Source of the DNA: Octopus bimaculoides
Taxonomy: Eukaryota
NCBI RefSeq assembly: GCF_001194135.2
Contig: NC_068998.1
Location: forward strand, 33,406,101-33,458,647
DNA: 52,547 nt
Direction of reading: 5' to 3'
A model generated the notes under the pieces. That model ran no database searches. It was not told the origin of the DNA and saw nothing but the letters and a program-made list of their open reading frames with translations. The position numbers were made by a program, and so were the translations under genes. The first letter of the stretch is position 1; every line of letters starts with the position of its first letter. Positions 38,148 to 49,610 of this stretch are shown piece by piece.

Positions 38148-40103
38148 ATGGACAAATTTTTATTGAGACCTCAGAAAAATGAGAAAGAGAATCATAGCAA
38201 ACAAGATGAACACCAGAATAAAAAGTTCACCGCTTCAAAACGAAAATATAATGAAAATTACATCCAATATGGTTTCATATTATTGGAAAAAAAAAACAAC
38301 TCGGTTCCTTTTCGTATGATTTGTTTAACAACATTCTCAAATGAAGCGATGGTTCCCAGTAAATTTCAGCGTCAGTTAATAAGAAATCGTCTGCAACAAA
38401 AGGACAAACCAAAAGAATACTTTGAGATGCTAAAAAATGATTTAAAAATTCAATCAAAAAGGATGAAAAAATTTCACTCAATTCCTGAGAAAGCTCAAAT
38501 CGCTAGTTACAAGATTGCCCAGCTTTTAGTGAAGAAGGAAAAAAACCACATTCTGATGCCGAAAACATTATTTACCAGCCTTGGAGATCGCCATTGGCAC
38601 AATGATTATTGATAAAACTGTCAAACAAATTAAGACCATTCCTTTGTTTGCTCACAAGACTGCACATAAAATTCAAGACATTTTGCAAGACATTGATGAT
38701 CAGTTCTGCAACCATTTCACTGAAGCAAGAAATGAACTCGAAAACTTGTGGACCTTACAAATCAATGAAAGTAGACATCAGCTACAAAGCTCAACTAATT
38801 TCATTTCTGCGAATCATCAGAGCTGGTAAAATCATAAGTTTGTTTTTCTTTTGTTGTGAATTGAAGGAAAGAACGACAGGAGTAGATGTCTTTGACCTGG
38901 TAAACCAAAACGTCATATTGAGAGGGATGCAGTGGCAAACTTGTATTAACGTTTGCACTAATGGTGCTCCATCCATGCAGAGTCAAAGAAAAAGCTTTGT
39001 GGCTCTTGCATTACAAAAATTTCACAAGTTAAAATTGTACATTGCATGATTCACCATGAAGTTTTGGTGTCAAAATCTCTACCTGATGGTCTCCTGAAGT
39101 GGATGGACAACATTGTTAAAGTGGTGAATTACATAAAGTCGCATTCCCTATTGCGCAGAGTTTTTGCAGCCCTATGTGAAACTATGGATTCTGATTTTAA
39201 GTGTATACTGCTTCATACAGAAGTGTGTTGGCTATCAAAAGGAAAAGTGCTCTCTCGATTTATTAACAATGATAATTGGTGGCTGGATCTTTTTGAAAAG
39301 TTGAACGTTTCAAATTTGTCTCTGCAAAAAGTGAACGAAAATATTATTACAATTACAGGCAAATTAAAGTTTTTCACCAGCAAGTTAGAACTGTGGCTCA
39401 GGAAAGTTAAAAACTCACAGCTTGATTGCTTTCCAGGCGTAGAGACTTTTCCAAACAAATTGAAAATTTTGTCAGAAGTGCAGAAGACAGTAGAAAAACT
39501 CTCTGTCATTTTCTAAGTATTTTTCATCATTTGCTTATCAAATATATGAGTGGGTCATCAATCCTTTTACAAGATTCGACCTGCCATTTTAATTAACAGA
39601 AGAAAATTTGATAAACTCAAAAAATTATCCTATGCACAAAGCCTCATTTTCTGTGCTAGAATTGTCAGAATTTTGGATTTCGCTTTGGAACCACTATCTT
39701 CGATTAGCTATTACAACCATTAAATCTCTATTGCCTTTTGGACCATCGTATCTTTGTGAATTAGGTATCTCTGCAATTATGGAAATGAAGTAAAAGAATG
39801 GGAACAATTACAGATGGTAGATGAGGAGTTACACATATTTATTTAGTTTAGACCCACGTTTTGACAAAATTCCTTCTCAAAATCAGTTGCATCCTCTTCA
39901 CTTTATTATTGTATCATATTACCTATATGTATTATGTGTTTATAAAACAATGTTATTTTATTGTTACTATAATAAGAATCTATTTATTTTTATTCATACT
40001 AATAAAGTATATTCAATTTTGTTAAGATTTTTGTTTGGTGTGCTGCAAAATAAATTCTCCTCACCCACTGTGTCGTAAGGTAAAAAATGTTTTGCAGACA
40101 CTG
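38148..40103 (+). mobile_element. Decayed hAT transposon, Charlie/Buster (ZBED5/ZBED8-like) type
   Basis: KRKYNENYIQYGF..ICLTTFSNEAMVPSKFQR; WTLQINES; CTNGAPSM; MIHHEVLVSK..VKVVNYIKS..LLHTEVCWLSKGKVLSRF; EFW..LLPFGPSYLCELGIS. The right end reads CAGTGTCTGCAAAA on the minus strand and is followed by CTATAGAG (40104-40111), fitting the NNNTANNN 8-bp target of Buster elements. Left end not found. Confidence 0.92.
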
Positions 40104-40467
40104 CTATAGAGTGTAGGGCATAGGGTTGTTGTGTTGTCTGTGAATATATGGGGAATAGTTGCAATGAAACAGACGTCAGGTGACTGAATAGATTCAGAGA
40201 CAATTGTAGTTGGGTTAGTTTAGAATTGGAGGTGAGAAATAGATCAATGGTGTTTAGGGTAACTGAGAAATAATCTGAGATTTGTGTTAGGGGTTAAGAT
40301 GAGTTGGTAAAGAGAGTTGAGAATTCCAATGAATCAGCTTCAGCATCGACTAAAATAAGTAATGTCTGTAATATGTTGGGACCATTTCTCCTGAATAAAA
40401 ATTAGCTATATGTTTACGTCAAAAATTAACATTTTTCGAATATCATCCCTTTGCTGGGTTCGGCTGT

Positions 40468-40509
40468 TCTACATTGATAAGAGGCAATACCTCGAAACTA
40501 GTCTGTAGA
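40468..40509 (+). ncRNA. Minimal type-I hammerhead ribozyme motif (family B), two core substitutions
   Basis: TCTACA-TTGATAA-GAGG(caata)CCTC-GAAA-CTAG-TC-TGTAGA: 6-bp helix I, 4-bp helix II, palindromic ACTAGT helix III, GUC triplet. Core reads UUGAUAA instead of CUGAUGA. Confidence 0.78.
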
Positions 40510-41639
40510 TGCCAGACCAGCAAGGGGAAGCAGCTGACCTTCCCTGTTCGAAGGTTATAATGGACACAGATTCATGTGTCACATAGCTAGCTAGAGGCGA
40601 TGGCCTCTTGGAGCTAATCAATGGCAGCATTCGTCTTATTTTTAGGACTGCCATGTTGGCTTGGCGATAACTATTAATATCCCTGAAAACATTATTTATT
40701 TAAGGTTATTGCAATCATTGCTGTTGCTTATCTACAATCAGCTCTTATGAAACAGATACAATCAAAGACTAAAGACATTCAAAAAGTGATTATTCCATCA
40801 TATTTTTATGTTGATGTCATAGTCCAATGTGTCCATCCATTTTTAAGATGGTAGGGCGTTATTGAAGGAAGATTTGACTGCCTTTTTCTCAAAGAAAAAT
40901 ATGAAAAATAAAAATTCTGTCAAACAGTTGACTCAAAGCAGTGGCTTCTCGGCTAATAGTCTCATATCTAACAACTGTGCTACCTACGTTATTGCTGTTG
41001 CTGCTGCTATTCTTCATATTTAATGGCTTTAATCAGTTGTTTCTCATTAACTAAATTATAGTCCTTTTATAGTAAACAGCTGTACTCTGACTGAATTATC
41101 TTTTGGCAAAGCAGTCAAGGCTTTGGATCTGAATTTTAATTGGAATCAAGAAGTTTTAAAGAAGATAGTTTATTCATTCACAAACATATTCTTTTTATTT
41201 ATTTATCAATATTCCGTTTTTGAAAATTCTTATTTTCTTCATTAAATGCAGTATGCTATGGCTATTATGTTCAAGACATTTAGTGTGGTTCTGTTCAATA
41301 ATCAAACCTTTAATGAGGGTGCTGGTGATGATTGTTATTAATTCGTTAATGTATGATAATCGAAGAGAATATCATCAAAGGAATGTTATCGACTATATGA
41401 CCAGAATGAAGAGCAGGATAGCAATGTTTTATATTGACATCACAGTCATTCAATACTCCTTGTCTATAGCACTAAAATTCCACAGCTTCGTGATATTCAG
41501 TCACATATTTCATTTTGGCTTTAGTGTTTTTTGTTTTCTCATTTGCCATTCAAACATTTACATACATGTTTAGATAGACACACACTTTACAGGTTTGTGT
41601 CTATCTAAACAAATGTGTGGATGTTTAAGTGTGCGCTCA

Positions 41640-41760
41640 TGTATCTGTCTTGTGTGTGTATATATGTATATAAATGTATGTATATATGCATATACGTGTA
41701 GATATATATACGTTTATAAATATGTGTGTATGTATGTGTCTATCTATCTATCTATCTGTC
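41640..41760. repeat. Degenerate (TG/TA)n and (TATC)n microsatellite
   Basis: Directly visible. Confidence 0.8.
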
Positions 41761-42335
41761 TTGTCCTATGTAAGTTTACAATCTTATTATTTGATGTAAC
41801 ACCGTACACCCTCCTTTTTGTTCCCAATCACTGGTATCCCACCCAATATTTGGTGCATCATCTCTCTTTCTCTCTCTTTTCCTCTCCCTCGTTTTTCATC
41901 CATCTTTCTTTCTAAATTTCTATCTCTCTACTCTCTTTTTCAAGTTCTATAAGACATCATTTCCCATTAGTGCTACTTATACACATCTTGTCTCAATGTT
42001 GTCTCATAGCAATAAGGCCTTTATTTGTATGTGTTGTTTCCTGTTATGTCTTGTCTTATTCTGCTGTCATTTATCATTTATTTTTATCACCATCCTCCAT
42101 GTTTGCTCATTTGTTTGGAACAGGCTTTTGCTGTTGATGATACCAAAGTGAACAATCTTATGATTAAAGGTGTGAAATTGTTATATTTCGATGATAACTG
42201 ATGAGGGAAGAGCATGTCATTGTCATGTGTGTGATTTTCTCCATACATTCCTTTGTCGAGCTTTTGTGGAATTTTTTAATCTTATATATATAAATAAATA
42301 TATATATATACACATCGATATATACATATTATAAA

Positions 42336-43499
42336 CAGGGTGCATAAGGTATTTGGGGACATACATTTTTTGGGTCATGGCTGCATTTTTTGCTAACTCT
42401 GTATAATCATTGTTTCAGAAAATAATAATGGCAGACCTTCAGCTTACTCAATAAATGAAGCAGCATGCTGTTATTGTGGTTATAAAGGCTGAGCATAGTG
42501 ATTTAGAAATATTTAGATTTTTAAAAGTTGCCAGATCTTTCATCTACAACATTTGTAAGGAGCTAGAGAATGAAGATGGAAACATATCACCAGTATTAAA
42601 ACATAAAAAGCATTCTAAATGCTCAGCAATCATCAGGACACCTGAATTAAGCAAGTTCAACAGACCATTGATTACGATCCCAGAAAGTCCATGAGGTCAA
42701 TTGCAAAAGATCTCCATGTGTTAGAAATGTTGTCTTATATGGTGAGGAAAGGTCAATTTGTCAGAAAAAGCAAAAGAAAACCACTGCGTCAGATCTAAAA
42801 GCCTCGTAAACAAACTGAAAAATCCAGCAGAAGATTTGATTTGGTTTTTCTCAAACGAGAAAGACTTTGCCCAAGATCAAAAATTTAACAGAAGAAATGA
42901 GAAGATGGTTATGTGCAGTCCCTTCTGAAGTTCCAAGTGTTATGCATACAAAATTTCTTGCAACTGTCATGGTTTTAGGGGTTGTCAGCAACGAAGGACA
43001 TGTCATGCCTCTTTCCACAAGGCCTTAGAGTTAACTCTGCCGCCTACATTGTGGTCCTGGAAATAATTGTTAAGCCCTGCATAGACAGTGTATACAATGG
43101 AAGGCCATATGTGTTTCAGTAAGACTCTGCACTATCTCACATGGATCTAGTAACACAGGAATAGATGGTTGAAAATTTTCACGATCACATAACCCCTAAC
43201 ATTTGGCCTCCTAATTCCCCTGATCTCAATCCATTGTACTATTAGACATGGAGCGTTGTTGAGAGGGATGTCAATGAACATGCCTGAACCAGGATCACTT
43301 GATTCGAACATGTAGATGATTTAGATTTCATATAGAAGCAGTTTGCTGAAGCTGAAGGTGGCTTTATTGAATAACATTATAAAAAAGGTTTATTTTTATC
43401 CTCATAGCATGTTTTGATAAATAAAGTTATTATCTGTTATTATATATCTGTTTTTTTTTTATGAACATAAATCTGACTTCAAATATCTTATGCACCATG
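42336..43499 (+). mobile_element. Near full-length decayed Tc1/mariner element (maT/DD37D-like)
   Basis: TIRs CAGGGTGCATAAGGTATTTG / CATGGTGCATAAGATATTTG; TA at 43500-01. Peptides AEHSDLEIFRFLKVARSF; FSNEKDFAQDQKFNRRN; TKFLATVMVLGVVSNEGHVMP; VFQ*DSA..H; IWPPNSPDLNPL. Confidence 0.92.
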
Positions 43500-43569
43500 T
43501 ACATATATATACATATTATATATAGATATTATGTACATATATGTATGTATATATATATCAATTTCTTTT

Positions 43570-43723
43570 CTCCGTGTTTTTCTCCTTGTCTCCGTATTCC
43601 TTCTGTTGAAGAGCGTAGCTCGAAACGTCAAAGACTTTCCGTATTCCCGAGCATCATACTAATACATCCTTTTGTTATTTGCACCACCTGTCCTCGTCTG
43701 TTGTTGTTTTTTCATACATTCTC

Positions 43724-43725
<2 letters not shown>
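43570..43725 (+). mobile_element. PLE-type 3' tail fragment with variant hammerhead (family C)
   Basis: TT-CTGTTGA-A-GAGC(gta)GCTC-GAAACGTC-AAAG at 43601-43633; homologous to 48460-48570. The PLE attribution is inferred from the HHR architecture. Confidence 0.6.
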
Positions 43726-43759
<34 letters not shown>

Positions 43760-43794
43760 NNNNNNNNNNNNNNNNNNNNNNNNNNNNNNNNNNN
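43760..43794. other. Assembly gap inside (TA)n
   Basis: Run of N. Confidence 0.99.
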
Positions 43795-43869
43795 TATATA
43801 TATAATTTATTTTCAAGTGATGAAATTTTCTCTATATATAAGACAAAAGATAGACTGCTAAAAAAAATC

Positions 43870-45500
43870 CCCCTCAAATAGTATAATTACATGTATCTCA
43901 ATTAGAATATTGGATCATTCAGCCAATGAAGATATTTTCAATGCCCATGCAGGTTACTACAACCAGGGCCTCAAAATAAGCTACTTCTTGGATAAAATCT
44001 GCTACATGCACAATAGTATCTTCAAGAATAAAACAGCACACCTCTTCCCAGGTTATATGACTATGGTTATATGACTATGACCCCCTCTCCTTACCAGTTA
44101 AACAACACTGCAAGAAGACTGCTCTCAAATTGCAGACACCGGCACCATTGACATCCTCAGTCCAATGGTAGCTCTAAATCCCCGCCTATTAATCAGCCCA
44201 CTATAAACACAACGGTAAAAAACCTACCTTCAGGAAACGTGAAATCTTATGGTTCACTCCACCCTTCTCCCTTAAGGTCAGATCCCTACCAAAACTTTTT
44301 TTATACTTTAAAATCTTTCTGCTACAGCTCAAGTATTCTATTTTCAATAAATCTTCAATAAAAATATCTTACTCTACCACACTTAACCTCGGATCTATCA
44401 TAACTGCTATCAATATTTGCAAACTCAGAGGCAAGTTGATTGAACATATAATATAAATCCTTATACAGCATCCTGAATGTATCCTGACAATAATAGTAAA
44501 ACAACCACTAGCAACTCTCCTACGCTAAGTAATTCTAAAAGGATAACAGTATCTCACAACCTAGATTACTAAATAATGAATACCAGTTCCAACGGAGTCA
44601 TCAAGTCCACATAAACTCCAACTTAGACCCACCCTTTCCGGCGACATATCAGCCTAGACTAACCTCACTAAGGTGAGACTCTAACTATCATACAAACAAA
44701 AATTCCTGCAATTGTTGTACATCCAATTTAAGTTCACTTGAAGGATTTTGCTTACACAAAAAGATGATATACAAATGCACTGTTGACAACCTGAAACCAC
44801 CAAACAATGATATATGTTGGGAGCACAGCAGATTTTAAGCGTAGATATCGTGCACATATTCATTCTTTTACTAATCCTAAAACCAGATTTTCTACTTCGT
44901 TAGCTAAGTATATCCATAGTCTCAAAATGCAAAATATTCAGTATAAATTATCTTGGGCAATTGTAACGGAAGCACCCTCTTACAATTCATATACATGTAG
45001 ATATAACCTTTGTATTAGGGAATCCTTAACTATTCTGTGTATGCACAATTCTTCAATGCTAAATAGGTTTACTGATGTCATCTTCTCCTGTAGACAGGTA
45101 TTATTTGACCTTTAGATATTTGATTAACTTTTCATACCTACACAATAAATTATTCCATTAAATCTGAAATGTAAAAACTTGGTTTATGTCATCTCCTCCA
45201 ACCTTCCACCTCTAACATTATTAATAGCTTGATCTTAATAATTGTATATTTTCCCATCCTACTATTGTATAATTAAAAAATGAGAAAAAGTTATATACCT
45301 AACACCCACCCACCATAATAATAAGTATATCTCTTTATAAAGGTTGTCAGCATCGAATTCCACCATAGTGCATGACAAATGTAGCCTTACCAGTTGGAAA
45401 ATTCCCCGAAGAAGGAGGCAGTGATATTAGATTAATGGAACTTAAATTCTATTACATCTTTGCATCACTATGCTCCCAGAAAGTGCCATCAGATTTTAAC
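43870..45500 (+). pseudogene. Penelope-like element, 3' part (thumb, linker, GIY-YIG endonuclease, 3' UTR)
   Basis: DHSANEDIFNAHAGYYNQGLK; FRKREILWFTPPFSLKV; IFNKSSIKISYSTTLNLGSII; MIYKCTV../MIYVGSTADFKRRYRAHIHSF..SLAKYIHSLK..LSWAIV..YNLCIRE..MLNRF. Confidence 0.9.
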
Positions 45501-45857
45501 GAACTATAAACATCTATATGGATTTACAATATTCTCTGCAATCCACCCATTCTGTGTATAGGATTTTAATACTGTTTTTATTGTAAGTAGGACTATATAT
45601 TGCATGTACTTAATATATTCTTAGCATATTTATATATTTATATCTATATATTTTAAATATATTTTTGATATATTTTTAAGCGTATTTACATATTTATATA
45701 TATGTATTATATATATATATATTTAGAACAAGCGTATTTATATAGTTATATATATATTATTTATATATTTTTAGAACATGATTTTGTGCGCATAATAATT
45801 TTGCAACTGAGTATATTTTAGTAACCTACTTTTGTCTCTCAACATTATATATATATA

Positions 45858-45970
45858 TCCACGGTGGTGCATCAGCATGGCCGCAGCTCTAAGCTGAAAC
45901 TTAAAAAAAAAAAAAATAAAAAAAAAAAATAAATAAAAAAAAAAAAATAAATAAATAAATAAAAAATAAA
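45858..45970 (+). mobile_element. SINE 3' end with long A-rich tail
   Basis: GGTGGTGCATCAGCATGGCCGCAG resembles the family 1 3' end; followed by poly(A)/(AAAT)n. Confidence 0.55.
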
Positions 45971-45971
45971 T

Positions 45972-46058
45972 AAATGGAGTTAAACGCAGGTGTTATTCAA
46001 ATTCTTTTCCGACACATGTTTCGAAGATATCATTGGTATTATCCCATCCTTAAGACTT
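45972..46058 (-). mobile_element. PLE 3' tail fragment with degenerate hammerhead (family D)
   Basis: Homologous to 49611-49695; minus strand reads ..TTAAGGA-TGGGATA..TATCTTC-GAAACATGTGTC-GGAA. Confidence 0.55.
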
Positions 46059-46059
46059 A

Positions 46060-47938
46060 TCTATCTGGATAAAAGGAGCTAAAATACAAGATGAATCAGC
46101 CAAAGAAAGAAGCAAATCTGACTGCCCATACAACAAAAAGGATAAAAAGAGTCAGCACACACGAATGTATAAATTCCACTTGAAAGGTATCTGCTGGCAT
46201 GGAGATGGAGGTGCAAGCTACCGTTTTGCACACCTAAGACCCTGCCGGACCAACATGAAACAGGGTGGAAACCACCTGCCAGTAGGAAAGGACCACATAC
46301 CACCTGTCCCAAAATGAAAATATCCAGATGTAGTAAGCGCTACAAACCAGTCCTATCAACATGTTGTTGAAAGGGCAGCTGCTGAACAAATATCTTTTCT
46401 GTGCATGGCACAAAAGATTGCACAACAATTGACCTGGCTACATCAATCTCACAGATGGGACTATCCCCAATACACAAGACCAACACAGCAAATGTACCCA
46501 AAGTGGACACCATCGATAACAACACAGATATGACATCGGTGCTCTTACTGAACATCAGAGGACTGTTAGCACTTAGTAACAGGACAAAAATTCCTTTCCT
46601 GAGAAACCTTGTTGCATGGAATCAAGCCTTTTGCATAGTACTTATGGAAACACACCTGAAACCAGATATTGCAAATGCAGAAATACACATACCACAGTAT
46701 GTTGTATTACGGACTGACAGGAAAGAAAGGAGTCATGATGGAGTTGCTATGCACATTCATGAAGACCTCACACCCCAGGTCCTTTTGTCACACTCAAATT
46801 CAGTATGTAACACTAATTGTACATATAAGACAACTCGATGTAATTATATGTACTACATATCACCCTCCAGATGCTCCGAATCATGCAGACAAGTTTGAAG
46901 ACCGCCTTACAAAAATAAAAGAAGTTTTAGTTAGATTAGAACGACACATAAGTGTACTTCTTATGGGAGACTTCAATCTGCCCAATGTCAGATGGCCTGA
47001 AGGCCTTTCTCTCCTAGGAATGGCACAATGCAAACAAGAACAGGTGAAGTCCCTCCTGAACCTCGCTAACACTTTGTACATAGAACAAATAGTACTCCAA
47101 CCAACCAGGGCAGGTAACATACTGAATCTCTGCTTCACAAATAATATGGATCTCAACCATAATGTAAAAGTGACACTGATGCTACTCTTGGATCACAACA
47201 TGGTAGAGCTGACCATTTACAGACCAAAAGAAACCATGGACATGCAGCCTACAAGAAACTCTCAAAATTTTTCCTGCTTGAACTTCCATAAGGCAAACTG
47301 GAAACAAATTGAGAAAGAAATCCTCAAACAAAACTGGCCTAAATGTCTCTCCTCACTGGACATCGACATGAAACTTCAACAATTCATGGCTGTAATGCAA
47401 GCCATATGCTACAAATGTGTCCTGGAGAGAAAGACCACTGTACACAAGAACAAAATCCCCAGGGAGAGGAAACTTTTTATGAGACTGCATACAAAAGTTT
47501 CAGATCGCCTAAACAAACAAATTGAAAGCAGTGAAAAATCCCACCTGAAAATACTACTGGAGGCCAAAAAAAATATGCAACTCTCCCATGATAAAGAAAG
47601 AGAAAACAAAGGAGCCTTGGATATAGACAATATAAAATCTAACCCCAGAGCCTTCTACAAGTTTGCGAAAGAAAAAAGGCTCAGTGCACTGCAGGTTAGG
47701 GCCACTCTTCATAAAAGATGATTCACTCACAGGAAACTGGATGTGAATAAGTGAAATACTAAATGAGCAATTCAAAAGTGTTTTCACTCCACCCCTAGGA
47801 CAATTGCAAGTCAGCTATCCAGCTGACATTTTTACTAGTACAGATATAAAAACAGAAGCAGTGATGATTGATTACACCAATATAAAAGAAGACGATGTAA
47901 TAAGGGCTATAGATGAATTGAACCCGAACTCAGCTACT
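46060..47938 (+). pseudogene. CR1-clade LINE: 3' part of ORF1 plus ORF2 AP-endonuclease and linker; RT missing
   Basis: ORF2 starts at ATG 46530: SVLLLNIRGL..VLMETHL..VLRTDR..GVAMHI; YHPP; LLMGDFNLP; QIVLQPTRAGNILNLCFTN; DHNMV; NFHKANW; ISEILNEQFKSVFT; ends at DELNPNSA, just before the RT. An upstream ORF1-like frame runs 46081-46533 with one internal stop. Confidence 0.92.
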
Positions 47939-47939
47939 T

Positions 47940-48575
47940 TAAATGTAATCGAACCATGGTAATGAGCTTCCAAAAAGGCCATAGGTGTGTTTGAATTGAT
48001 ATCGTGAAACTCTTTTAGCTAATGGACTCTAACCTACCATGGTTTTAAGAATTGAACTTTTGGAAACATTCTTGTGTGAGGGGAGTAAAAAAACTTTTTA
48101 AAAATATTTTTAGTCAATTGATATTTTATTTTATCTTAGTTTATTTAGTTTCTTTTTTAGTAGCATGACACGCTTTAGAATTTTTATGAATTTTTAGTCA
48201 TTTATATTTATCTTTTGATAGGCTTCTGTATATATTGTATTTTATTCGCATATATATTTTTACCTTCTGTGTTTTTATGTATATGTATAGTTTTATGCAT
48301 TTTTTTATATGTTTAAGAACCATGGTAATATTTATATGTGATCAAATGTTTGAGGTATGGTGTTATATATAAAGTCGTTGACTCAAATTTGATGTTTGTT
48401 CTATGATTAATGTTTCTGGCATTCACCATGATAGATCGCTAGCCACTAAACCTTTTCATTTCCTCTCCCTGTTTATTTCTGTGTTCCTTTCTGTCGAAGA
48501 GCGTAGGCTCGAATCATAAAAGACTTTCTCACTTCCCGAGCATTAAACTAATACATCTGTTTGTAAATTCTCACT
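47940..48575 (+). mobile_element. Probable PLE 3' UTR ending in a family C hammerhead-like motif
   Basis: CTTT-CTGTCGA-A-GAGC(gtag)GCTC-GAATCATA-AAAG at 48487-48522, with downstream GACTTT..CCCGAGCAT..ACTAATACATC shared with 43570-43725. The upstream limit is approximate. Confidence 0.5.
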
Positions 48576-48588
48576 ATATATATATATG

Positions 48589-48800
48589 CTCTTTACTCTT
48601 TTACTTGTTTCAGTTATTTGACTGTGGCCAATCTGGAGCACCGACTTTAGTCGAGCAAATCAACCCTAGGACTTATTCTTTGTAAACCTAGTACTTATTC
48701 TATCGGTCTCTATTGCCGAACTGCTAAGTTACGGGGACATAAACACACCAACATTGGTTGTCAAGCGATGTTGGGAGACAAACATAGACACACAAACATA
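48589..48800 (-). mobile_element. SINE family 1, 3' half
   Basis: Reverse complement of about 24590-24797. Confidence 0.88.
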
Positions 48801-48818
48801 CACACACACACACACACT

Positions 48819-48874
<56 letters not shown>

Positions 48875-49273
48875 NNNNNNNNNNNNNNNNNNNNNNNNNN
48901 NNNNNNNNNNNNNNNNNNNNNNNNNNNNNNNNNNNNNNNNNNNNNNNNNNNNNNNNNNNNNNNNNNNNNNNNNNNNNNNNNNNNNNNNNNNNNNNNNNNN
49001 NNNNNNNNNNNNNNNNNNNNNNNNNNNNNNNNNNNNNNNNNNNNNNNNNNNNNNNNNNNNNNNNNNNNNNNNNNNNNNNNNNNNNNNNNNNNNNNNNNNN
49101 NNNNNNNNNNNNNNNNNNNNNNNNNNNNNNNNNNNNNNNNNNNNNNNNNNNNNNNNNNNNNNNNNNNNNNNNNNNNNNNNNNNNNNNNNNNNNNNNNNNN
49201 NNNNNNNNNNNNNNNNNNNNNNNNNNNNNNNNNNNNNNNNNNNNNNNNNNNNNNNNNNNNNNNNNNNNNNNNN
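48875..49273. other. Assembly gap after (TA)n
   Basis: Run of N. Confidence 0.99.
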
Positions 49274-49350
49274 CATGTTGGCTTGGCGATAACTATTAAT
49301 TTCCAGTACCGCTGCCGTAGTCTCCTTTAGAGAGACTTAGAAATATTAAT

Positions 49351-49430
<80 letters not shown>

Positions 49431-49610
49431 AGGGAGGGGCGATAAATAATGACTTTTTTCCTTTTTTTGGAGCTTTTGTTAATTTAGATATAGAGAATGC
49501 ATGTATACTTATCTTACCTTATCTCAGGTTTTTTTTTAAATTGCATGTAGTGGTGGATCTTAGGAATTCTTCTCTACTTTCCCGTAAGTAGATGTATAGA
49601 TAAATTAAGA

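Noticed and set aside
40120-40300. Scattered TAGGG/TTAGGG words as interstitial telomere
   Set aside because: Not tandem and too few.
45398-45497. HHR-like CCGAAGA-A-GGAG..CTCC-CA-GAAA downstream of the 44.8 kb GIY-YIG
   Set aside because: Position and helix II fit, but the core is mutated, two extra bases precede GAAA, and helices I and III pair poorly. Needs a consensus.
2470-49299. Many ORFs of CVCV, HTHT, YIYI, ERER or X runs
   Set aside because: They are translations of dinucleotide microsatellites and N gaps, which lack stop codons.
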